64,000 bases of DNA from Angustibacter luteus (GTDB taxonomy: Bacteria; Actinomycetota; Actinomycetes; Actinomycetales; Angustibacteraceae), in the NCBI RefSeq assembly GCF_039541115.1, contig NZ_BAABFP010000005.1, positions 682,001 to 746,000 on the forward strand. The letters run 5' to 3'. The notes beneath the pieces are model-generated. The model ran no database searches, had not been told where the DNA came from, and worked only from the letters and a program-made list of their open reading frames with translations. Both the position numbers and the translations under genes were made by a program. The stretch's first letter is position 1, and the number at the start of each line of letters is the position of its first letter. Shown here piece by piece: positions 39,619 through 49,642 of this stretch.

Positions 39619-41262
39619 ATGGCAGTGCAGCCCACGACCGGACCCACCCTGGGCCTCGAGGAGGAGCTGCACGTCTGCGACCTCGCGAGCGGTGACCTGC
39701 GCAGCAGCGCCGACGACCTGCTGGCGGCGCTGTCCACCCCCGCGACCACTGCGGGCCTGACCGCGGCCGGCACCGTCGTCGCCGAGCTGCCGCTGTCCCA
39801 GATCGAGACCGTCACCGGCGTCGGGAGCAGCATCGAGGACCTGCTCGGGCGAGCACTGACGCTGCGAGCCGCCGCCGCCGGGGCGGCCACCGAGCTCGGG
39901 CTCGGTCTGCTGGCCAGTGGCTCTCCCCCGCTCGGTCGGGCGGCCGACCAGCGCGTCTCGCCCGACTCCCGGTACGACGCGCTGCGCGAGCGAGCGGCGG
40001 CGCTGGTGGACCAGCAGCTCATCGCCGGCATGCACCTGCACGTCGGGGTCGGCGACCCCACGTCCACGGCGGTGGACGACGAGGCGCGGGTGGCCGTGGT
40101 CGAGGCGCTGCGCCCGTGGCTGCCGGCCCTGCTCGCCCTGACGGCCAACTCGCCGTACTGGTTGGGCACGGACACGGGCTTCGCGTCCTACCGCCAGGTT
40201 CACTGGCAGCGTTGGCCGGTCGCGGGCCCGCCGCCCTCGGCCCAGGACGCGGCGCAGTGGCACCGCTCGGTCGCCGCCCTGGTCGACGCCGGCGTCGTGG
40301 ACGACGCCAGCTTCGTCTACTGGGACGTCCGGCTGGCCACCCGCTTCCCGACCGTCGAGGTCCGGGTCGCCGATGTGGTTCCGACCCTGGACGACGCCGC
40401 CGGTTTCGTGGCGATCGTGCGTGGCCTGGCGGCCGGGGCTCTGGCGGAGCACGAAGCCGGACGCCGGGCGCCGGGCGTGCGACTGTCGGCGCTGCGAGCC
40501 GCTACCTGGCGCGCCGCCCGGTACGGGTTGGCCGGTCAGCTGGTGGACCCGGCGACCGGCACCCTGGCACCGGCCGTCGACGTGCTGCGCTCGATGCTGC
40601 GGCACGCCGCACCCGGGCTCGAGATCGCGGGCGACGGCGACCTGGCGCGCGACGGGCTGGCCCGGGTGTTCCGGGACGGCAACGGCGCCGACCGGCAACG
40701 GCGGGCGTTCGAGCGGTTCGGGTGGGAGGGCGTGCTGGACGTCGTGCGCGTCGACCCCGACGCCAGCACCCCGACGGTGACCAGTGGGGACGGCAACGGC
40801 TGGGTCGCCTGCACGTGCGGTCAGCAGCACTGGGGCCTGCACGGCGCGGCGGGGCTGCTGCTCACCCGGCCTGGGGCGGCCGGTCCCGAGGTGCTGCTGC
40901 AGCTGCGCGCCGCCTGGACCCACCAGGGCGGTACCTGGGGCCTGCCCGGTGGTGCCCGGGACAGCCACGAGACGACCGGCGAGGCCGCCCGCCGCGAGGC
41001 CTGGGAGGAGGCGGGCGTCGAGCCCGGTGCCGTGACCGTCCTCGGCGAGGACCAGGACGACCACGGACCGTGGTCCTACACCTACGTCCTGGCGCGGGCC
41101 GACGACGGCGTCGCCGCCTCCCCCACCAACCGCGAGTCCGACGCGGTCGAGTGGGTACCCGTGCCCCAGGTCGACGCGCGGGAGCTGCACCCGGCCTTCG
41201 CCGCGGCGTGGCCGCGGCTGCGCACCCGGCTGGTCGCGCTCGCCGAGGTCAGGGAGCGCTGA
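39619..41262 (+). CDS. YbdK/GCS2 carboxylate-amine ligase fused to a NUDIX hydrolase
   Basis: LGLEEE, GMHLHVG, ANSPYW, YWDVR..FPTVEVRVAD, then in frame GDGNGWV..HWG and the NUDIX box GGARDSHETTGEAARREAWEEAGV. Confidence 0.85.
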   Translation: MAVQPTTGPTLGLEEELHVCDLASGDLRSSADDLLAALSTPATTAGLTAAGTVVAELPLSQIETVTGVGSSIEDLLGRALTLRAAAAGAATELGLGLLASGSPPLGRAADQRVSPDSRYDALRERAAALVDQQLIAGMHLHVGVGDPTSTAVDDEARVAVVEALRPWLPALLALTANSPYWLGTDTGFASYRQVHWQRWPVAGPPPSAQDAAQWHRSVAALVDAGVVDDASFVYWDVRLATRFPTVEVRVADVVPTLDDAAGFVAIVRGLAAGALAEHEAGRRAPGVRLSALRAATWRAARYGLAGQLVDPATGTLAPAVDVLRSMLRHAAPGLEIAGDGDLARDGLARVFRDGNGADRQRRAFERFGWEGVLDVVRVDPDASTPTVTSGDGNGWVACTCGQQHWGLHGAAGLLLTRPGAAGPEVLLQLRAAWTHQGGTWGLPGGARDSHETTGEAARREAWEEAGVEPGAVTVLGEDQDDHGPWSYTYVLARADDGVAASPTNRESDAVEWVPVPQVDARELHPAFAAAWPRLRTRLVALAEVRER

Positions 41263-42382
41263 CCCGCGCGGAGGCCAGGCTGCGCCGGACGACCTCGCCC
41301 ACCTGCGAGGTCTCGATGAGGAAGCCGTCGTGCCCGTACGGCGAGCTGACCGTGAGCAGGGGCCGTGCGGTCGGGACCGCCGCCACGATCTCCTCCGACA
41401 GCCGCGGTGGGTACAGCCGGTCGCTGTCCACGGACGCTACGTACAGGTCGCAGGTGACCCGGCCCAGCGCCTGCTGGACCCCACTACGGCCTCGCCCGAC
41501 ATCGTGCGAGTTCATCGCCTCGGTCAGCACCACGTAGGAACCGGCGTCGAACCGCCGGTGCAGCTTGTCCGCGTGGTGGTCCAGGTAGCTCTCGACCGCG
41601 TACCGCCCGCTCCCCCCGATCGGCTGCTCGTCGCCCTGCGCCGAACGCCCGAACCGTTCCGCGAGCTCGAGCTCGCTGCGGTAGGTCACGTGCGCGATGC
41701 GGCGGGCGATACCGAGACCCGCGACCGGGCCGGGCCCGTCCAGCTCGTGGTAGTCGCCGCCGGCCCACTGCGCATCCGCCCGGATGGCCAGCAGCTGCGG
41801 CTCGCACCAGGCGATCTGCTCCGCGGTGGCGTACGCGGTCGAGGCCAGCACCACGGCCGAGCGGAGCCGGTCGGGGTAGGTGACCGCCCACTCGAGGACC
41901 CGCATGCCACCCATGGACCCGCCGATGACCGAGGCCCAGCTGTCGATGCCGAGCCGGTCGGCCAGCCGAGCCTCCGCGGCCACCTGGTCCCGGACGGTGA
42001 GGAAGGGGAAGCGCGAGCCCCATGCCCGGCCGTCCGGAGCGGGCGAGGCCGGTCCCGTCGTCCCCTGGCACCCACCGAGCACGTTGGGTGCCACGACGAA
42101 CCACTGGTCGGTGTCCAGCGCTCTACCCGGCCCGACGAGCGCGTCCCACCAGCCGGCCGTGGGGTGCCCCGACGTGGCCGGACCCGAGACGTGGCTGTCG
42201 CCGGTCAGCGCGTGCAGCACCAGCACGGCGTTGTCCCGCGCTGCGTTGAGCGTGCCCCACGTCTCGTAGGCGACGGTCACGTCCGGCAGGGCACCGCGTG
42301 CCTCCAGCGTCAGCGTCCCCACATCGGCGAAGTGCCGGCGTCCGACGGGGTCCCCCGCCGACCAGGCGCCCCCCGCCGCCAT
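41249..42382 (-). CDS. metX: Homoserine O-acetyltransferase
   Basis: HALTGD, GGSMGG, DRLY, GHDGFL; TGATG coupling to metY. Confidence 0.93.
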   Translation of the reverse strand: MAAGGAWSAGDPVGRRHFADVGTLTLEARGALPDVTVAYETWGTLNAARDNAVLVLHALTGDSHVSGPATSGHPTAGWWDALVGPGRALDTDQWFVVAPNVLGGCQGTTGPASPAPDGRAWGSRFPFLTVRDQVAAEARLADRLGIDSWASVIGGSMGGMRVLEWAVTYPDRLRSAVVLASTAYATAEQIAWCEPQLLAIRADAQWAGGDYHELDGPGPVAGLGIARRIAHVTYRSELELAERFGRSAQGDEQPIGGSGRYAVESYLDHHADKLHRRFDAGSYVVLTEAMNSHDVGRGRSGVQQALGRVTCDLYVASVDSDRLYPPRLSEEIVAAVPTARPLLTVSSPYGHDGFLIETSQVGEVVRRSLASARVSAP

Positions 42383-43698
42383 CAGGCCTCCTTGGCCGCG
42401 CGGAAGCCCGCCTCCAGGTCGGCCAGGATGTCGTCGATGTGCTCGATGCCGACTGCGAGCCGGACCAGCCCGGGCGTCACGCCGCTGGACAGCTGCTCCT
42501 CCGCGGACAGCTGGCTGTGCGTGGTGGATGCCGGGTGGATGACCAGGCTCCGCACGTCGCCGATGTTGGCCACGTGGCTGTGCAGCTCGAGCGCCTCGAC
42601 GAATCGCTGCCCCGCCTCGGAGCCACCCTTGATCTCGAACGCCAGCACGGCGCCCGGACCCTTGGGCGCGTACTTGAGTGCGCGCTCGTGCCAGGGGCTG
42701 CTCTCCAGCCCGGCGTACGCCACGCTCTCGACCTCGTCGCGGCCCTCGAGCCACTGCGCCACCGCCTGGGCGTTCTGCACGTGCCGCTCGATGCGCAGGC
42801 TCAGCGTCTCGATGCCCTGCGCGATGAGGAAGGCGTTGAACGGCGAGGCTGCCGGCCCCAGGTCGCGCAGCAGCTGCACCCGGGCCTTGAGGATGAACGC
42901 GAGGTTCGCGCCGAGGGCGCTGCCCACGCCGAGGTCGCGTCCGTAGACCAGGCCGTGGTAGCTCGGGTCGGGCTGGTTGTAGTTCGGGAACTTGTCCGGG
43001 TCCTGGGCGAAGTCGAACTTCCCACCGTCGACGATGACGCCCGCGATGGACGTCCCGTGACCGCCGAGGTACTTGGTCGCCGAGTGCACCACGATGTCGG
43101 CGCCCCACTCGAGCGGACGGATCAGGTACGGCGTGGCCACCGTGTTGTCGACCACCAGCGGGACGCCGTGCGCATGCGCCACTCCGGCGACGCCCTCGAT
43201 GTCGAGCACGTCGGACTTGGGGTTGGCGATGGTCTCGGCGAAGAAGGCCTTGGTGTTCGGCTGGACGGCCGCCTCCCACGAGGCCAGGTCGTCGGGGTCG
43301 TCCACGAAGGTGGTCTGGATGCCCAGCTTGGGGAACGTGTAGTGCAGCAGGTTGTAGGTGCCGCCATACAGGCTGGGGCTGGCCACGATGTGGTCGCCGG
43401 CCTCGGCGAGGTTGAGCAGCGCGAGGGTCTCGGCGGACTGGCCGCTAGCAACCAGCAGAGCGCCGACACCGCCCTCGAGACTGGCCACCCGCTGCTCGAC
43501 CGCGTCGGTGGTCGGGTTCATCAGCCGCGTGTAGATGTTGCCGAACTCCTTGAGGGCGAACAGGTTCGCCGCGTGCGCCGTGTCGTTGAACACGTACGAC
43601 GTGGTCTGGTAGATCGGCAGCGCGCGGGCGCCGGTGGTCGCGTCGGCGGTCTGGCCGGCGTGGATCTGACGGGTCTCGAAGGACCAACCGTCGTTCAT
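42382..43698 (-). CDS. metY: O-acetylhomoserine/O-acetylserine sulfhydrylase
   Basis: PIYQTTSY, YTRLMNPT, PLP lysine HSATKY, NIGDVRS. Confidence 0.94.
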   Translation of the reverse strand: MNDGWSFETRQIHAGQTADATTGARALPIYQTTSYVFNDTAHAANLFALKEFGNIYTRLMNPTTDAVEQRVASLEGGVGALLVASGQSAETLALLNLAEAGDHIVASPSLYGGTYNLLHYTFPKLGIQTTFVDDPDDLASWEAAVQPNTKAFFAETIANPKSDVLDIEGVAGVAHAHGVPLVVDNTVATPYLIRPLEWGADIVVHSATKYLGGHGTSIAGVIVDGGKFDFAQDPDKFPNYNQPDPSYHGLVYGRDLGVGSALGANLAFILKARVQLLRDLGPAASPFNAFLIAQGIETLSLRIERHVQNAQAVAQWLEGRDEVESVAYAGLESSPWHERALKYAPKGPGAVLAFEIKGGSEAGQRFVEALELHSHVANIGDVRSLVIHPASTTHSQLSAEEQLSSGVTPGLVRLAVGIEHIDDILADLEAGFRAAKEA

Positions 43699-43795
43699 GG
43701 GGACTCCTGACGAGGAATGTGGCTGCGCTGCAGCCGGGGCTGGGCAGGGAGAGGCACCGGCACGGCCGGTGGGCGAACGGGGACGACGGCGGTCG

Positions 43796-43819
43796 TCAGA
43801 AGGGCATTCGACAGGTCAT
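43796..43819 (-). CDS. Putative leader peptide MTCRMPF
   Basis: GGAG 7 nt before ATG ACC TGT CGA ATG CCC TTC TGA, between the riboswitch and metY. Confidence 0.5.
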   Translation of the reverse strand: MTCRMPF

Positions 43820-43856
43820 TCGAGGGCTCCAAGCTCCTGGGGCCCGCTCGAAGACG

Positions 43857-43971
43857 GACCCGCGCTTGCCGGTCGCAGGTGCAGACCGGCCAGGTCATCA
43901 CCCGGGGCACCCCACCGCGGTTGGAGGGTTGCCGGCCAGCAAGCCGGGGCTACGCGCTGGCACTCATGACC
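43857..43971 (-). ncRNA. SAM-IV riboswitch
   Basis: GGTCATGAGTGCCAGC...CCCCGGCTTGCTGGCCGGCAACCCTCCAACCGCGGTGGGGTGCCCCGGGTGATGACC...GCAAGCGCG, upstream of metY-metX. Confidence 0.9.
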
Positions 43972-44024
43972 TCTGACGAGATTACCAACGCGCCGCCAGG
44001 CCGTCCACGGACCGGTCGGCTGTC

Positions 44025-45089
44025 TCAGCTGTCGAGACTGGGCCTGATACCGGCCCGCAGCAGACCCTCGACCAGCACGGCCATCCGGTAGCCGGGGTCG
44101 AGGTCGAGGGCGCGCTCCACCGCCAGGTTGGCCAGGGCGCCCTCGCCGTCGTGCCAGCACTGCAGCGCGAACAGGGTCAGCGGGCAGACCGCCCAGTCGC
44201 CGTCGCAGCGCCGGCTCAGGTCGGCCAGCAGCGCGGTGACCGCCTCGTGCTCGGCAGCCTCAACCGTCGGACCATCCTGACCAGCACGAGCGGCGCCGGA
44301 CGGACGTCGCAGCCAGCCCACCCAGCGCATCGCGACCGCGTCCCGGATCGGGACGTCGGCGAGCCCGGCCAGCAGGAGCGCCGCCTGGGCGTCGCTGGTT
44401 TCGACACGACCCGCCCTGGCTCGTTCGGCGACGAGCCCGGCGAACAGCGCCTCGACCCGTCGGCTGTGCTGGAGGTAGTCCCCCGAGCGCATCGCCTCGT
44501 GCTGCTGGTGCGCAAGCCGCCCGGTGCGACGCACGACGGCGGGGGCCGCGGCACTGATGCGCGCCCGCAGGTCTTCCCGTCCCGGCACCGGCGCCCGACC
44601 GCTGGCCACCAGGGCCGTCGCGGCAACGCTGGTCCGGCCGTGATCCAGCGGCGTCCCCTCGTCCGGGCAGCACCGGCTCTCGTGGCACGAGTACGACCAG
44701 AAGCGGTCCGCCGAGACGTAGGTCGCTTCCTTCAGCCCGATCCCGAGCTCGGCCAGCTCGCCCTGCAGCGCGTCGACGAGCTTCTGCCACGGGCGTGCGT
44801 CACGGCGCCACCGGGCGTCGTCGTACACGAGCAGCGCCACCTGGCTGGGCCGTTCCCGGGAGACGAAGGTGAGCAGGTCCGCCGCCCAGGGCCCCAGGAT
44901 CGACGGCTCGTCCGGCAGGTCGACCCTCGCGGCCATGCCGCAACGCAGCTTCGGCCCGTTCAGGGCGAGCAGCACCAGGCTGCGGCTCGGGGTGAACCCC
45001 AGGAGGTACGGCACGGTTCCGACGAGATCGGCTGGCCCGGTGACCCGGACGACGGTTTCAGGAGCGGCGGGCGGAGTTGAGGTGGTCAT
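44025..45089 (-). CDS. DUF4192 domain protein
   Basis: PADLVGTVPYLLGFTP..SLV, ARVDLP, WSYSC..CCP.EG, GEGALA..ERAL..DPGY. Confidence 0.85.
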   Translation of the reverse strand: MTTSTPPAAPETVVRVTGPADLVGTVPYLLGFTPSRSLVLLALNGPKLRCGMAARVDLPDEPSILGPWAADLLTFVSRERPSQVALLVYDDARWRRDARPWQKLVDALQGELAELGIGLKEATYVSADRFWSYSCHESRCCPDEGTPLDHGRTSVAATALVASGRAPVPGREDLRARISAAAPAVVRRTGRLAHQQHEAMRSGDYLQHSRRVEALFAGLVAERARAGRVETSDAQAALLLAGLADVPIRDAVAMRWVGWLRRPSGAARAGQDGPTVEAAEHEAVTALLADLSRRCDGDWAVCPLTLFALQCWHDGEGALANLAVERALDLDPGYRMAVLVEGLLRAGIRPSLDS

Positions 45090-45213
45090 GTCGACCAGCG
45101 TCTGGTCTCACGAGCCGGCCGGACAGGGCCTGGACCGGATCTGTGGACAGTGGGACTAACGCCCGATCTTGTGGATGAGGGGGCTGTGCAGCACGGCCCC
45201 CTTCACGGTTCGG

Positions 45214-45588
45214 TCAGCCGCGAACGACCTTCCCAGCCACCACGGGCCCCGGCTTCGGCGCGCCCTCGCTCTCCCAGCGCAGGAAGGCCGCGGCGTCCAT
45301 CAGCAGGCGTCCGGCCAGCCACGAGGCCACCACCGCGTCGTCCACGATCCCCAGCAGCGGGAGGAAGTCCGGTAGCAGGTCGATGGGCGACACGATGTAG
45401 AGCACGGCGACCGCGAGCAGGCCGATCTCGCCGCGCGAGGCGCCTGGGTAGCGGCCGACCAGCGTCGCTACCACCAGACGCGGCACGGCCCGCAGGGACT
45501 CCCAGACCCCCGGGGCACCGGGACGGGACGCCCCGCGCAGGGCCTGCCACAGCGCGACGTAAGCCGCGGTCCTGCCTTTGCCGGCCAT
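45214..45588 (-). CDS. YkvA/DUF1232 family protein
   Basis: YIVSPIDLLPD..LGIVDDA; GGGAGG RBS. Confidence 0.88.
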   Translation of the reverse strand: MAGKGRTAAYVALWQALRGASRPGAPGVWESLRAVPRLVVATLVGRYPGASRGEIGLLAVAVLYIVSPIDLLPDFLPLLGIVDDAVVASWLAGRLLMDAAAFLRWESEGAPKPGPVVAGKVVRG

Positions 45589-45681
45589 GAGGCCCTCCCT
45601 GATCGACGGTTCTCCTGGTCAGACGTTACGGCGGCGCCCCAGGTTCCGCAGATCTCCCAGGTGTCGCGAACGGCGGTCGAC

Positions 45682-46350
45682 TCAGCGGGCCAGGGCGGCC
45701 TGGGCGTGCGGGAACTCGCGACGGGCCTGGTCGGCGATCCGGCGCAGCAGGAAGACGTCGAAGCCGGCCCCGAGGAAACCACCGACAAGGGGGACGCCGC
45801 GCCCCAGTCGCGGGGCGGCGCTCTGGCCCACGCGGGCGATCAGCCGGAACCCGATGCCCTTGTTCAGCACCATGAGCGCCGGGCCGGGCAGCCGGCTCGT
45901 CGCGAGCCCCGCCAGCCGACCGGAGTGCTGCACGCCCGCACCCTTCAGGAGGTCGTCGGCGTCCGCGCCGACCAGCGTCAACATCACCGCGGCCCGGACG
46001 CCCCGCTGGTGCAGGTCGTACCCACGCAGGCTGGCGATCGAGGCGACCATGCGGGTGGCGATCGCGTAGAACTCCAGCACGTTGGCCGGCAGCGCCAGCG
46101 GCAGCGTGAAGAACCCCCCGAGCCCGGTGACGAAGCCGCCCGCAGCGGCAGCGCGGACGTGGCTACGGACAATCGCATCGATGGCCCGCTCGGCATCGCC
46201 CTGACCACTGAGCGCGCTGTCCGCGACGGTCTGGGCGGAGTCGAACGGCCCTCGACCGTCGATCCCCACGTCGATCAGCCGGTCAACGATGACGGTCGCG
46301 TGGGCCGCGAAGCCCTTCACGTCCTCTTCGGTCCGAACTTCCTGCGTCAC
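45682..46350 (-). CDS. EcsC family protein
   Basis: GFVTGLGG..LPAN, IASLRGYDL, GRGVPLVGG; AAGGAGG RBS before the GTG. Confidence 0.82.
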   Translation of the reverse strand: MTQEVRTEEDVKGFAAHATVIVDRLIDVGIDGRGPFDSAQTVADSALSGQGDAERAIDAIVRSHVRAAAAGGFVTGLGGFFTLPLALPANVLEFYAIATRMVASIASLRGYDLHQRGVRAAVMLTLVGADADDLLKGAGVQHSGRLAGLATSRLPGPALMVLNKGIGFRLIARVGQSAAPRLGRGVPLVGGFLGAGFDVFLLRRIADQARREFPHAQAALAR

Positions 46351-46428
46351 GTTCGTCCTCCTTCGACCGCGCGGCACCGCGCGTCCCCCGATGATGCCGT
46401 GCCACGTGGCGTCCCGCAGCGCGCAGCT

Positions 46429-46525
46429 CGCTTCCGCCGTCCAGTCCGCTTTCCGCCACGTGGGCCGCTCAGGCGGGGTCCAGGAGCGGGCTGAGTGGCG
46501 GAAAGCGGACTGAGCGGCGGAAGCG
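46429..46525. repeat. Long intergenic inverted repeat (31-bp arms, 2 mismatches), REP/MITE-like
   Basis: CGCTTCCGCCGtcCAGTCCGCTTTCCGCCAC ... GTGGCGGAAAGCGGACTGagCGGCGGAAGCG. Confidence 0.8.
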
Positions 46526-46526
46526 T

Positions 46527-46565
46527 GGGGTTGCCGTGGGGGTGGGGTGGCCGTGGGGGTGGGGT
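46527..46565 (+). repeat. G-rich tract with 17-bp period and five G4-5 runs
   Basis: GGGGttgccgtGGGGGtGGGGtggccgtGGGGGtGGGGt. Confidence 0.7.
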
Positions 46566-46567
46566 GA

Positions 46568-46589
46568 TGTCGGTGCCACCCGCCAGGAT
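46568..46589 (+). promoter_or_regulatory. PafBC/RecA-NDp-like promoter of the DNA ligase gene
   Basis: TGTCGG-tgccacccgc-CAGGAT (1 mismatch), 7 nt before the GTG. Confidence 0.6.
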
Positions 46590-46596
46590 GGGTGAC

Positions 46597-48171
46597 GTGC
46601 TCCTCGCCGATGTCGCCGCTGCCAGCAAGGTGGTCGCTGCCACCCCCTCCCGGCGCGCCAAGGTGGCCGCACTCGCCACCTGCCTGGCGGCGGCCTCCGC
46701 CGGTGGGGACCCGCGCACCGTCTCGGTCGTCGTGAGCTACCTGACCGGTGAGCTGAAGCAGCGGCGCACCGGGATCGGGTACGCCGCGCTTCGCGAGGCC
46801 GCCACCGTCGAGCGCGCAGACCGGCCCACGCTGACCGTGCTGGAGGTCGATGACGCCTTCGAGACCGCGGCGGCACTGTCCGGCTCGGGGTCGCAGTCCG
46901 CGCGCCGCGACCTGGTTCGCGGGCTGCTGTCCCGGGCGACCGCGGACGAAGCCGCACTGCTGGTCGCGCTGGTCTCGGGCGAGCTGCGGCAGGGGGCCCA
47001 GGTCGGCGTGCTGCTGGACGCGTTGGCCGTCGCGACGGGTGCTGCGCCCGCGGCGGTGCGCCGGGCGATCACCCTGAGTGGCTCGGTCGGCGAGGTGGCC
47101 GTCGCCGGCCTGCTGCGCGGGCCGGGCGCCCTCGGCGACTTCACCCTTCAGGTGGGTCGCCCGCTGTCGCCCATGCTCGCCAAGTCGGCCCCGGACGTCG
47201 CGACCGCCCTGGCCGGCCTCGGTGGCTGCGCCATCGAGTGGAAGCTGGACGGCATCCGGATCCAGGTGCACCGCGACGGCTCGAAGGTGGCGGTGTTCAC
47301 CCGCACCCTGGACGACGTCACGGACCGACTGCCCGAGGTCGTGGCACTAGCGCGGTCCCTGCCGGTCGACAGCGTCGTGCTGGACGCCGAGGCGATCGCG
47401 CTGCGACCGGACGGGCGCCCACGCCCGTTCCAGGAGACCGCGTCCCGGGTCATGACGCAGGCGGCCAGGACCGATGCCGCGGCGGAGCGGACGCCCCTGA
47501 CGACCTACGTGTTCGACGTGCTCGCGCTGAACGGCACCGACCTCACGGACGAGCCGTTGCGGTCGCGCCGAGCCACGCTCGAGTCCGTCGTCCCGGCTCG
47601 GGCGGTCGTACCGCACCTCATGGTGCCGAACGACGACCAGGCGGTCAGCCGGGCCGAGGCCTTCGCACAGGAGGCCCTCGACCAAGGTCACGAGGGCGTG
47701 GTGGTGAAGGAGCTGGACGCGCCCTACGCCATGGGCCGGCGCGGCGCGGGGTGGGTCAAGGTCAAGCCGGTGCACACGCTCGACCTCGTCGTCCTCGCGG
47801 CGGAGTGGGGTCACGGCCGGCGCACCGGTCGGCTGTCCAACCTGCACCTCGGAGCCCGGGACCCGGCAGGCCGGTTCGGACCGCCGGGCGGGTTCGTCAT
47901 GCTCGGCAAGACCTTCAAGGGCCTGACCGACCAGTTGCTCGCGTGGCAGACCGAGGAGCTGCTCGCCCGCGCCGACGGGGACAGCGACCAGTGGGTGGTG
48001 TCGGTCCGGCCCGAGCTGGTGGTCGAGATCGCCCTGGACGGCGTGCAGACCTCCCCGCGGTACCCGGCCGGCATCGCGCTGCGGTTCGCCCGCGTCGTCC
48101 GCTACCGGCCGGACAAGGTGGCCACTGACGCCGACCCGATCGAAGCCGTCGAGGACCTGCGTCCCGACTGA
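46597..48171 (+). CDS. ligB: ATP-dependent DNA ligase (LigB-type)
   Basis: PMLA, motif [29 protein letters not shown]. Confidence 0.92.
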   Translation: MLLADVAAASKVVAATPSRRAKVAALATCLAAASAGGDPRTVSVVVSYLTGELKQRRTGIGYAALREAATVERADRPTLTVLEVDDAFETAAALSGSGSQSARRDLVRGLLSRATADEAALLVALVSGELRQGAQVGVLLDALAVATGAAPAAVRRAITLSGSVGEVAVAGLLRGPGALGDFTLQVGRPLSPMLAKSAPDVATALAGLGGCAIEWKLDGIRIQVHRDGSKVAVFTRTLDDVTDRLPEVVALARSLPVDSVVLDAEAIALRPDGRPRPFQETASRVMTQAARTDAAAERTPLTTYVFDVLALNGTDLTDEPLRSRRATLESVVPARAVVPHLMVPNDDQAVSRAEAFAQEALDQGHEGVVVKELDAPYAMGRRGAGWVKVKPVHTLDLVVLAAEWGHGRRTGRLSNLHLGARDPAGRFGPPGGFVMLGKTFKGLTDQLLAWQTEELLARADGDSDQWVVSVRPELVVEIALDGVQTSPRYPAGIALRFARVVRYRPDKVATDADPIEAVEDLRPD

Positions 48172-48283
48172 CGGCCCGGCTGCCCACATCGCGGACATCC
48201 GCCGGCTCCGCTCGGCGCGGACCCAGCCACCTGGGATCATGAAGACGCCCACCCCTGATGACACCGACCACGGAGGCCACGTC

Positions 48284-49177
48284 GTGACCCTGCCCAGCGA
48301 CACCGACGCCAAGCTCGCGCAGTACGCCCATCCCGAGCGCCTGGTCTCGACCGAGTGGCTGGCCGAGCACCTGGGCGACGAGGGGCTCGTGGTCGTCGAG
48401 TCCGACGAGGACGTGCTGCTGTACGACAGCGGTCACATCCCCGGTGCCGTCAAGGTGGACTGGCACACCGACCTCAATGACCCGGTCACCCGCGACTACG
48501 TGGACGGTGCCCGGTTCAGCGAGGTCCTGGGCCAGCGCGGCATCTCCCGCGACACGACCATCGTGGTCTACGGCGACAAGAACAACTGGTGGGCCGCCTA
48601 CGCCCTGTGGGTCTTCACGCTCTTCGGCCACGAGGACGTGCGCCTGCTGGACGGCGGCCGCGCGAAGTGGCTCGCCGAGGAGCGCGACCTGACCCGCGAG
48701 GTACCGCAGCCGACCCCCGCGACGTACCCGGTGGTCGAGCGCGACGACTCGAAGATCAGGGCCTTCAAGGACGACGTCCTGGCGCACCTGGGCGGCAAGC
48801 TGATCGACGTCCGGTCCCCCGGCGAGTTCAGCGGGGAGCTGCTGCACATGCCCAACTACCCGCAGGAGGGTGCCGTTCGCGGGGGGCACATCCCCGGTGC
48901 GCGCAGCGTCCCGTGGGCCCGCGCCGCCGCCGAGGACGCGACCTTCCGCTCCCGTGAGGAGCTCGAGGCCATCTACGAGGGCGAGAAGGGCCTGACGTCC
49001 ACCGACGACGTGATCGCCTACTGCCGGATCGGCGAGCGCTCCTCGCACACCTGGTTCGTGCTGACCCACCTGCTCGGCTACGACTCGGTACGCAACTACG
49101 ACGGCTCCTGGACGGAGTGGGGCAACAGCGTGCGGGTGCCGATCGAGATCGGCCCCGACGCGCCGTCGGGCAGCTGA
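48284..49177 (+). CDS. sseA: Thiosulfate sulfurtransferase (tandem rhodanese, SseA-like)
   Basis: GHIPGA twice, active site [22 protein letters not shown]. Confidence 0.9.
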   Translation: MTLPSDTDAKLAQYAHPERLVSTEWLAEHLGDEGLVVVESDEDVLLYDSGHIPGAVKVDWHTDLNDPVTRDYVDGARFSEVLGQRGISRDTTIVVYGDKNNWWAAYALWVFTLFGHEDVRLLDGGRAKWLAEERDLTREVPQPTPATYPVVERDDSKIRAFKDDVLAHLGGKLIDVRSPGEFSGELLHMPNYPQEGAVRGGHIPGARSVPWARAAAEDATFRSREELEAIYEGEKGLTSTDDVIAYCRIGERSSHTWFVLTHLLGYDSVRNYDGSWTEWGNSVRVPIEIGPDAPSGS

Positions 49178-49620
49178 TGAGCGACGAGCGAGCCCCGCTG
49201 CCGTCGGCGATGGCCGAGCTGGCCGAGGACTTCCATGCCCTCGGCCCGCAGGACCGGCTCCAGCTGCTGCTCGAGCTCAGCGACGAGCTGCCCGCGCTGC
49301 CCGAGCGCTACGCCGGGCACCTCGAGGCGATGGAGCAGGTGCACGAGTGCCAGTCCCCGTTGTTCCTCGCGGTCGAGACCGACCCTGAGTCCGTGCACGT
49401 CTTCTTCGACGCGCCGCGGGAGTCCCCGACCACCCGCGGGTTCGCCGGCATCCTGCACACCGGGCTGAACGGGCTGACCCCGGCGGAGGTGCTGGCGGTG
49501 CCGGACGACGCCCCGTACCGCTTCGGGCTCGCCGAGGCAGTGAGTCCGCTGCGGCTTCGGGGCATGGTGGCGATGCTGTCCCGGATCAAGCGGCAGGTCC
49601 GCGCGCAGACGGCCGACTGA
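49177..49620 (+). CDS. SufE family sulfur acceptor
   Basis: ECQSP, SPTTRGFA, SPLRLRG; TGATG coupling. Confidence 0.9.
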   Translation: MSDERAPLPSAMAELAEDFHALGPQDRLQLLLELSDELPALPERYAGHLEAMEQVHECQSPLFLAVETDPESVHVFFDAPRESPTTRGFAGILHTGLNGLTPAEVLAVPDDAPYRFGLAEAVSPLRLRGMVAMLSRIKRQVRAQTAD

Positions 49621-49642
49621 CGTCCTGGTGGCCCCGCTCGGC

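Noticed and set aside
48284..49620. sseA-sufE pair as a new sulfur-relay system
   Set aside because: Already known as a conserved actinobacterial gene pair.
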